From positions 1-64,000 of the forward strand of contig CDRNVI010000019.1 in NCBI GenBank assembly GCA_977017575.1: a stretch of 64,000 nt of DNA, read 5' to 3'. The notes under the pieces are model-generated. The model saw only the letters and a list, made by a program, of their open reading frames with translations. It had not been told where the DNA came from and searched no databases. This stretch comes from Paramoeba atlantica (Eukaryota > Protista > Discosea). Made by a program: the position numbers and the translations under genes. Below, piece after piece: positions 12,367 to 20,522 of the stretch (positions are counted from its first letter, which is position 1; every line of letters starts with the position of its first letter).

Positions 12367-14613
12367 TTCCTGTGCTTGTGGATTATGTCCTAGGGCCGAA
12401 CGGACGGAGGGGCCGGCCGGGCCAATGAGAACCTAGATCTTGTTTACATTTCACCTTTGCTCCCGGTGAGGCCCCGGAGTTGCGAGAGGCCTCCATACCC
12501 CACAACTACCACCTTCCCCCCCTATTTAGCGGTGGAAGTCAAGGACTTTTGTGGAACACCAAAGAATTTTTTTTGATTTTCATTTTCCGTGCGTTCAGTG
12601 TCCTACACTTCACTACATACGTTGACAACGCGTGCGTAGCGAAAACTACGAAATTCGGTGAGCTTCGCAAATTGCTTCCCACTAACGACGCACAGGGGAA
12701 TCATACGCGGGGTACGGCTCAGGCCCGCTCACGCGGGTCCTCGCCGTTTCGCGGCCGCGCGCACCCCCGCTCACGCGGGGGCCCCCGCGCGGCCAAAATG
12801 CGTACTAAAATTTGTTATCAAGGTAGTTGGGCTTCGCAAATTGCTTCCCACGAATGGGTACTAAAATTTGTTATCAAGGTAGTTGGGCTTCGCAAATTTT
12901 GCATAAGTCAAGGACTTTTGTGGAACACCCAAGATTTTTTTTTAATTTTCATTTTCCATGCGCCAAGCAAGCCCGGTCCGTGAGCTAGCTTATGAGTATA
13001 TATAATAGTAGCGTAGCTCGCGAAGTAGTTTTTGGCAATATACTTTTTGAAGAATCTGCATGCCTGCATAAGGGGTGACCCTCGTAAAATGGGCGAAAAC
13101 GGCGAAAAACGACCATTTTTCACGAAATTGTCCAAAAATGGTCATTTTTTGCGATTTTCAAGGGGTTACCCCTTATATGAAAACCGCTCATTCAAAGTTT
13201 TGTAAGTACACACGAACAGCTTAAGACCTGAAGAAGGCCTTATGTGATTCCTTTTCAACATTACGCACAGTACAGAGATATCGTAAGGTCAACATCGCCG
13301 AAAAAGGTATTTTTTTGGCAAAATGTCATGCACATTGTTGCCTCCAAATATTCTCCCCAGGACCCAAACCAGGGGGTAATTCGGTAGTATAATGACAGAT
13401 CTGTATGATGGTGCTATACATGAGTCGCAATGGACCAACTCATATAAAGGGGGTCCCTGCTAAAAATTGACTTCTGCAAAAGTCCTTGACTTTTATGAGT
13501 ATACAGTATGCAAAAAAACTGTTCACATGTTTGACACTTTTTTGTTGTTGGTGTTTCCCTGTGGCCAGTTGTCGTGTGCATTGAAGTAGTATATCAGAGT
13601 AGTGTACGCGTGGGTACTAGGTATATGTTGCCATAGAGCTTCCGACTCAATCGGCTTTGTAACAAAAGTGTGATCGTATGCAAGTAAAGAAAGGCATGTG
13701 AACAGTTTTTTTGCAATTTCGAGGTAAGATTTTTTGGGCGAAAAACACAATTTACTGATGCATAAAAACGAACTATGTACCTTCAAATGAATACTAGCGG
13801 AACTCTTTCTTGTGCCTTGATTGATGTCTATATGCGCCTACGCATGCTGTCGATCAAGGAATGGCTTAACCTTGTGGTATGCTTGCTCATTCCTATTTGA
13901 CCTGACTTTAGAGCTCCAGAACACCTGTGAATCGAGTTGCGCGACTCGCAATTGTTCTTTTTGGATGTTCTCTGTATGTGTTCTGGGGCTCCGAGGTGCG
14001 CCTAATGGGCTGTACATTCTAAAATCGTGTAAATCTCATTAACAGAGAAGATCTTCGTCAACTTGCGACGCGAGCTCTCCTCCCCCGTTCATCTCTGGCG
14101 AATTCAGACCCCCATGTAATCCGCTCATTTTGAGCGGCTAAGGGCATTGTGTGACATTATTCTTCATTATTAGCATATGAAAAATCAACGAACAGTTCAG
14201 TATTCGTGGTCCCTTGAAGCAGAACAATCTTACTCGTACCATTGAGTGATATGCAGCACTATTAGGCCACCACACTCAATGGTACCTTGGGCAGTACACT
14301 CATCTAGACCTTCGCCCAAAATTTTATTCACACATTTTTTTGTTCTACCACTGGAATATGTACATCGCCTGTGACGGATCTATTGAAATATCAAATACAG
14401 AACTACTCGAAAACAACTTTCTGAGATCTGGAATCGTTTTGAGATCTAAAATACGCAAAAATGTCCACATTTTTATCCGAGAATCGGCTGTTTTTCAGTC
14501 TTTAGATCAATTTTCCACAAATTGAATTTTTTTTAGGGGAAGTTCAAGTTGGTAAAAAAGCTGCTGAAAAATGCTTCTACAAAATGCTTATGTCCTCTAT
14601 CGAAACTTAAAAA

Positions 14614-14693
14614 TGACAAGAGAGGGGTTCGAACCCTCGCCCCGAAGGAGTAGTACCTGAAACTACCGTCTTAGACCACTCGACCATCTTGCC
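14614..14693 (-). tRNA. tRNA-Leu(CAG)
   Basis: GGCAAGATGGTCGAGTGGTCTAAG...GTAGT-TTCAGGT-ACTAC, variable arm CC-TTCG-GG, T-loop TTCGAAC. Confidence 0.93.
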
Positions 14694-14752
14694 TGCTACA
14701 GAAAAGCTAAGAGCTCTCCACAAGGTGTCAGAGTCAGCCATGAGCTGCAAAA

Positions 14753-14824
14753 TGCGCACGCCGGGAGTCGAACCCGGTCCGCGTGCTTGGAAGGCACGCA
14801 TCCTAACCGTTAGACTACGTGCGC
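14753..14824 (-). tRNA. tRNA-Gly(TCC)
   Basis: GCGCACG acceptor, anticodon arm CGTGC-CTTCCAA-GCACG, GGTTCGACTCC. Confidence 0.95.
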
Positions 14825-14897
14825 AACTGCACGAACGGAAACATGGTAAGCCTCTCTGAACCGTATAGGAAGGAGCTGCCTCAACTACAGGAGAAAA

Positions 14898-14969
14898 CTC
14901 CGCTGCCGGGGATCGAACCCGGATTTTCAGGGTGAAAGCCTGATGTTCTAACCATTATACTACAGCGGA
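14898..14969 (-). tRNA. tRNA-Glu(TTC)
   Basis: TCCGCTG acceptor, TCAGG-CTTTCAC-CCTGA, GGTTCGATCCC. Confidence 0.95.
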
Positions 14970-15023
14970 ACATAGCCGAACAAAAATTCGCCCAACACCA
15001 AGAAGCGAACGCAAGCTTAAATT

Positions 15024-15095
15024 TGATCGCGACAGGGATCGAACCTGCAACCGCCTGATCCGTAGTCAGACGCTCTACCATTGAGCCACGCGACC
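15024..15095 (-). tRNA. tRNA-Arg(ACG)
   Basis: GGTCGCG acceptor, TCTGA-CTACGGA-TCAGG, GGTTCGATCCC. Confidence 0.95.
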
Positions 15096-15168
15096 GCCCT
15101 GTGGAGCACAAACCCGTTTTGCGGGAATCATGCACAGATGTGCCACAGTGGCCTTGCCGGGTTTTGTT

Positions 15169-15242
15169 GCTCCTGTGGCCTAGTTGGTTATGGCATTGGT
15201 CTTATGAGCCGAGGATCGCGGGTTCGATCCCCGCCAGGAGCA
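15169..15242 (+). tRNA. tRNA-Ile(TAT), intronless
   Basis: GCTCCTG acceptor, TTGGT-CTTATGA-GCCGA, GGTTCGATCCC. The UAU anticodon is eukaryote-type. Confidence 0.92.
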
Positions 15243-15245
15243 TTT

Positions 15246-15331
15246 GCCGCGACGATCCTCGCTGGTGCGGGGGACAGGCTTCAAACCTGTAGGTGGGAAA
15301 TCCACAGCTGTTCGATTCGGCCCTCGCGGTG
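15246..15331 (+). tRNA. tRNA-Sec(TCA), eukaryotic 9/4 fold
   Basis: Anticodon arm ACAGG-CTTCAAA-CCTGT; 6-bp D stem CCTCGC-TGGT-GCGGGG; long variable arm GTGGG-AAA-TCCAC; 4-bp T stem GCTG-TTCGATT-CGGC; 9-bp acceptor with one mismatch; discriminator G; TTTTT immediately after. Confidence 0.93.
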
Positions 15332-15336
15332 TTTTT
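15332..15336 (+). terminator. Pol III oligo-T terminator after tRNA-Sec
   Basis: TTTTT directly 3' of the discriminator base. Confidence 0.7.
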
Positions 15337-15524
15337 ACCGAATACCGTTGCACCGCCTGACTTTTCTCACCGAAAAATGCGTTTTGCCAGGCCCCGCGGA
15401 AGCTTTCTAATACCGTATACCCCGGTGTAGAAGTAAAGGACTTTTGCATAAGTAAATGATAAAGTGCCGCCCCCTGTGCCGCCCTCTCTTCCACTCCCTG
15501 TGCCGCCCCTCATGCCGTCTCCGG

Positions 15525-15711
15525 TGGAAGTATAGGAGTATTGCATAAGTATAGGAATCTTGCATAAGTATAGGAATATTGCATAAGTATAGGAATATTG
15601 CATAAGTATAGGAATAATGCATAAGTAAAGGAATAATGCATAAGTAAAGGAATAAAGCATAAGTAAAGGAATAATGCATAAGTAAAGGAATAATGCATAA
15701 GTAAAGGAATA
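15525..15711. repeat. 19-bp minisatellite S2 (GCATAAGTATAGGAATATT / GCATAAGTAAAGGAATAAT)
   Basis: About 10 units; the unit variant switches midway. Confidence 0.93.
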
Positions 15712-16614
15712 ATTGCGGTGGTTGTAAAACTACCGCTCTACACTCGATTATTGAAAAAAAAGTGAACAAAAACAGTGAAAATATAAAGAGGAACAAAGTA
15801 ATATAATAGAAGAAAAAAATATAAAAGGGGGCTCCGGTGGTCCAAAACTGAAAAAAAAATTGAAAAAAATTGGGGGTCCATGGGGGGGGTCCAGGGGGGG
15901 GGGTCCAGGGGGGGGGGCATGGTCGAGCAAATTTTTTCGAAAAAATTAGTTTTCGAAAAAAAACCGCAGAAAGGGTAGCCGGGGTCTTGGCGCGCATTTT
16001 CCACCCCCCCACCCGGGGGTGACCCCCCCGCGTATCCGCAGGACGGGTCCGCCAAGTTCGGATTTTTTCGGAAAAAAATCTTTGAAAAAAATTTCAACTT
16101 GGCGAAAAAAATGACAAAAAAAATATTTTTCCAAAATCGTTTCCTCTATTGTATTTTGATAGTTTGGGACCTACACTAGCTTTCTACGCAGTTATTTTCG
16201 CAAGGTATCACTTCTTCGAACTGTGGTGCGCCCCCTAAAATGACCCATTTTTGACTAAAAAAGGTGAAAAAGTATTTTTCGGACCTAAAGGGGCATTTTT
16301 GTGTCGAAAGAATGGTATGGTTGGAGTCGCATTCTCTACCCAATACGTTCGGTAGGCTTTCATTCATGCCTGCGAGTGATTTCCCACGCGCAAATGTCGG
16401 ATTTAGTGCTCTGAGAGCAAAAATATGCGAAAATGACCCCATTTGTACCCGAAATTCGGCCATTTTTGGCTATAATCTTTCCGTTTTCCAGGCTAAATTT
16501 TCTTTTTTAGGCTCTTCGTTAAACGCGGCGGTAGTTTTCAACGCGAAGCGCGCAGCATGAGTGACTTCTAAGTTGAAAGCAACCACCGCGTTTAACGAAG
16601 AGCCTAAAAAAGAA
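15712..16614 (+). mobile_element. Complete B+A non-coding element (~900 bp) with a short 5' hairpin and a long 3' palindrome; putative non-autonomous element
   Basis: The same contiguous unit is in reverse at 46623-47497, and is split by satellites and module C at 9296-11513. No TIR/TSD pair was recognised; mobility is inferred from dispersal. Confidence 0.6.
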
Positions 16615-16780
16615 TGAATAAGTAAAGGAATAATGCATAGGGGTCGCTCCAGCGACCCCCGCTAAATAGGGGGGGAAGGTGGTAGTTGTGGGGTATGAAG
16701 GCCTCTCGCAACTCCGGGCCTCACCGGGAGCAGAGACGAGTGTTCACTATTTCTTGAAAACACCTTTAATTTCCAAATAA

Positions 16781-17018
16781 TGCATCATCAATGTGCTGTA
16801 TGCATTATCAATGTGCTATATGCATTATCAGTGTGCTATATGCATTATCAATGTGCTATATGCATTATCAATGTGCAGTAACTATGCAATATCAATGTGC
16901 TATATGCATTATCAATGTGCGGCACGTTATGCATTATCAATGTGCAGTAACTATGCATTACCAATGTGCGGCACGTCATGCATTATCAATGTGCAGTAAC
17001 TATGCATTACCAATGTGC
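16781..17018. repeat. 20-bp minisatellite S1; 16640-17030 is an inverted copy of 9475-9905
   Basis: The flank GCAGAGACGAGTGTTCACTATTTCTTGAAAACACC is the reverse complement of ~9780-9814. Confidence 0.9.
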
Positions 17019-18048
17019 GAGTGGGGGGGGTCCAGGGGGGGGGGGGAAATTATTTTTCGAAGAAAAACCGCAAAAGGGGTAGCCGGGGTCTTGGCGCGCA
17101 TTTTCCACCCGCCTACCCGGGGGTGACCCCCCCGCGTATCCGCAGGACAGGTCCGCCAAGTTCAGATTTTTTCGGAAAAAACATTTTGAAAAAAAATTCA
17201 ACTTGGCGGAAAAAATGGTAAAAAAATATTTTTTCAATTTTTTTTCGCTATTGTATTTTGAGAGTTTGGGACCTATACTAGCCATCTACACCGTTGTTTT
17301 CGCCAGATACCCCATCTTCTAGCTGTGGCACGCCTCCCAAAATGGCCCATTTTTGACCAAAAAGTGCGGAAAAGTAATTTTCGGACCCAAAGGGGTCTTT
17401 TTATGTCAAAAGAATGGTCTGATATTTGCGTGTTTCTCACACGCAAATATCAGATTTAGCGCTCTGAGAGCAAAAATACCCAAAAATCACCCTATTTTTA
17501 CCCTAAAATCGGCTATTTTTGGCTATAATCTTTGTTTTACTTTAGCTGTCCAGGCCGAATTTTCTTTTTTAGGCTTTTCGTTAAACGCGGTGGTAGTTTT
17601 GAACGCAAAGCGCGCAGCATGAGTGACTTCTAAGATCCTCTAAAAAATGATCTTCTAAAATGAGATGAAAATCACATGTTCTTATTTTTATGCTTCGAAT
17701 TTTTTTGTTCATACATTTTTTTCACTATTTAGGGCTTTTTTATTCATACTATTATTCTTCTCATGTCTTCCGATTCATCGTGGTCCGTGTCGTCGGCGTC
17801 GTTGGAGGTGTCGCTTGCTGGGGGCGGGGGTGGGGGCAGCCAACTGAGCTCTAACAAAGCTCTGGGCGAAGCAATGCTGCACTTTCTTTCAAAGAAAGAA
17901 AGGAAAGAAAAGGGTACGCACGACCCTTAAACACAGTGCTAGCAAAGCGCATAAAAGCTCAGCTCAAATATACGAGCCATGGCAACAACATGTTGCTGAA
18001 GAAGGTGAATTTTACACCTGCCGAGAATGTGCTAACGCGAATATTCGG

Positions 18049-19939
18049 GTGGAATTGACAGCTCCCCTGATGAAGCGGCACGTAAACGAACATGTAAAAG
18101 GGTTGCATACCATTTGTGAACCTTGTTCGTTCTTCCAAGAGCTCATGGGAAAACCCCCCGTTTTGAGCGCACAAAAGCACGACGAGCGTGTGAAATACAA
18201 GCGTGAAAAAGAGATTTTTAACGCGTGGAAAGGCCTTCAAATTGAAGGAAGCATTGTCAATGGCTTTACGTGCACGAAATGTGCCACAACACAGAGCGAT
18301 CAAAACCATGAACATCGTACTTTCAAGTATGATGACATGCGCAAACATGTTTTAGAACATGGGCGCGGGGATCATTCCCATTGCAAAGAGTGCTCCTTCT
18401 TCGAGGCGTTGCAAGGGAAACCCCCCATAAGACGTACTCGAGAGCATCTCTCGAGTGCGAATCACAAAACCGAGAAGGAGATGTACGACATGTGGATGGA
18501 CCTTGAGGTGCAAGGTACCATGTCTGCAGGCTTTCGGTGCACGAAATGTGCAGAATCACGGGGTAAAGTAAACCCTTCGTCCTACACGTTTATATATACA
18601 AAAATCACCCCATTTTTACCTAAAAATCGGCAATTTTTGACTCTAATCCTTCCGTTTTCTTCCGCGTCCCTGGCCAATTTTCTTGTTTTAGGCTCTTCGT
18701 TAAACGCGGTGGTTGTTTTCAACTTAGAAGTCACTCATGCTGCGCACTTCGCGTTGAAAACTACCACCGCGTTTAACAAAGAGCCTAAAACAGGAAATAT
18801 ACTGCGACTCCCCCCTTTAATAGAGACCCCCACTCAGACCGGTGGAAGTATAGGAATATTGCATAAGTATAGGAATATTGCATAAGTATAGAAATATTGC
18901 ACAAGCATAGGAATATTGCATAAGTATAGGAATATTGCACAAGCATAGGAATATTGCATAAGTATAGGAATATTGGGTGGAAGTCAAGGACTTTTGCATA
19001 AGTCAAGGACTTTTGTGGAACACCAAAGATTTTTTTTGATTTTCATTTTCCGTGCGTTCAGTATCCTACACTTCACTACATACGTTGACAACGCTCCCGC
19101 AGTTCACAATCCGTTTTCGTCTCTTCGTTTCTCGAAGGGCAGCTCGAATGAGGACAAGAAGGCTCCATCACGTCTGACTTATTCACAAGTGACAGCTGGT
19201 CATTCTCTCAAATGGTCCAAAAAACCCGCAAAGTCGAACTACGGGACTTCCACCACGTCCCGCTTGTCTCCCTTCCCCAAACGCGCAGGTGGGACTTCAC
19301 GCCTAGATGACGACCAAGTGGCCTCTAAGCCGAAAGCGCTGAAACCAGGGAAGTCCTTTGCAGAACGGTTTGGGGTACTGAAGCGGGAGCTCTTCAGACT
19401 CAGGAAGTCGCCAAGTACGGCGCTCTTCATAATACAATTGCAATCCACAAGTTACAGACTCAGAGTCTCAAGCTAGAATACAAGTGGATGTTACAAGCTC
19501 GGCGTCTGCAGGAACAACACATGCACCACATGTTAAACCTGCAGCAGCAGTGCCAAAATGCACTGCGGATTGTCGAGCGCGGTGGCCACATTTGTTCCAC
19601 ATGCCATCGCAAATTTATGGATCAGTCTTCCCTGGAGGAACATCAGCGGTCGCACTCCGCCGCTAGGGAGAAGCAAAATGCGAGATTTATTCAATCTCAG
19701 GCGCTGAAAAGAGAAAGCTTGTTTTTGTCATATATCAAAATGCGAGATCGCATAATAAATCAAGAGGAAGATTCCAGCCTCCACATCGCGTCGCGATTTC
19801 TTCCTCGCGTTACCCACCTCCACCTCGAACGTGCGCCGCCCCCTAAACGTGCTACCCCCAGTTCTAGGCCTTCCATTGACGAACCAGGTGGTTTCGGCGG
19901 CGAGTGGGATGAAGATGATATTTCTTCCCTTGATTCGGA
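18049..19939 (+). pseudogene. Zinc-finger (C2H2-like) coding sequence disrupted by repeat insertions (~18576-19094), a frameshift and the SL-headed retroelement
   Basis: Repeated CEPC/CKEC..H and CTKC..H..H motifs in ORF 18049; CSTCHRKFMDQSSLEEHQRSH in ORF 19488. The intervening DNA is module A, the palindrome and S2. Confidence 0.45.
18842..19015. repeat. 19-bp minisatellite S2, grading into the variant GCATAAGTCAAGGACTTTT
   Basis: About 7 units visible, plus variant units. Confidence 0.88.
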
Positions 19940-19977
19940 GACTCATGCTATAAAGATACAGTTTCTGTACCTTGTTG
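19940..19977 (+). other. Degenerate spliced-leader (mini-exon) copy
   Basis: GACTCATGCTATAAAGATACAGTTTCTGTACCTTGTTG compared with the kinetoplastid SL pattern AACTAACGCTAT....ACAGTTTCTGTACTTTATTG. It is not followed by the GT donor of an SL RNA gene. Confidence 0.78.
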
Positions 19978-20259
19978 ATTTTGCTAGCCCTTCCTTTCTT
20001 TTCCCGGAAACGGGCATACATTTTCCTTTTAAATGCCCGTTTCCGGCTGACGGCTAGCGGAAACTGTCCCTCTTTGTCGTGGAAGTAGGGGACGTACTTC
20101 CGACTTTTCACCCCTCCCCGGCTCACTCCTTGAGTGAGTTTTCTTCCCTCCCCGGCTTTCTTCTTCTCGCGCCTGTCTCTTCCCGGGAGCTATGCGCCAT
20201 GGTGGCCTCCCTTGAGGACCACCGGGCGTGACTCTGCCTTGCATTATCGCGAGGCAGCG

Positions 20260-20402
20260 GTCGGTTGCAGTGCGCCCCTCCGGCTGCGTAAAGAGATGGT
20301 GAGTTGCCTGGACCACCTCTACCGACTGGGACCGAGTCGGTTGCAGTACGCCCCTCCGGCTGCGTAAAGAGAGGGCGAGTTGCCTGGACCCCCTCTACCG
20401 AC
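20260..20402 (+). ncRNA. Tandem pair of 67-nt three-way-junction RNA structures in the retrotransposon 5' UTR (function unknown)
   Basis: Copies 20260-20326 and 20336-20402, each closed by GTCGGT/ACCGAC, with inner stems GCAG/CTGC and AGAG..GG/CC..CTCT. A T-A to G-C compensatory change distinguishes the copies. Confidence 0.5.
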
Positions 20403-20522
20403 AGAGTCCGTGTCGAACCCCCTTTGGCGACATCCGTTGTGGGCGGATTATGTGCCGATGATATCGGCCGTCGCAGTAAGGGGATTATCTCTGCGCCAAA
20501 GAGCGCATGATAAACAAACTAT

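Noticed and set aside
14085-14150. HDV-like ribozyme (hairpin CCGCTCA/TGAGCGG followed by CTAAGGG)
   Set aside because: The 3' part resembles P4-J4/2-P2, but I could not find P1, P3 or P1.1 (CC/GG) upstream.
14694-15168. tRNA-associated snRNA or 7SL genes in the tRNA spacers
   Set aside because: Spacers are only ~55-75 nt and show no recognisable U2, U6 or 7SL sequence.
9321-17622. Many 60-235 aa ORFs with MHYQCAIC / YSYTYA / FFEKIC repeats
   Set aside because: Open frames arise from stop-free satellite and module sequence and occur in several frames on both strands.
19940-19977. Functional SL RNA gene
   Set aside because: No GT donor, no Sm site or T-tract downstream, single copy, and mismatches in conserved positions.
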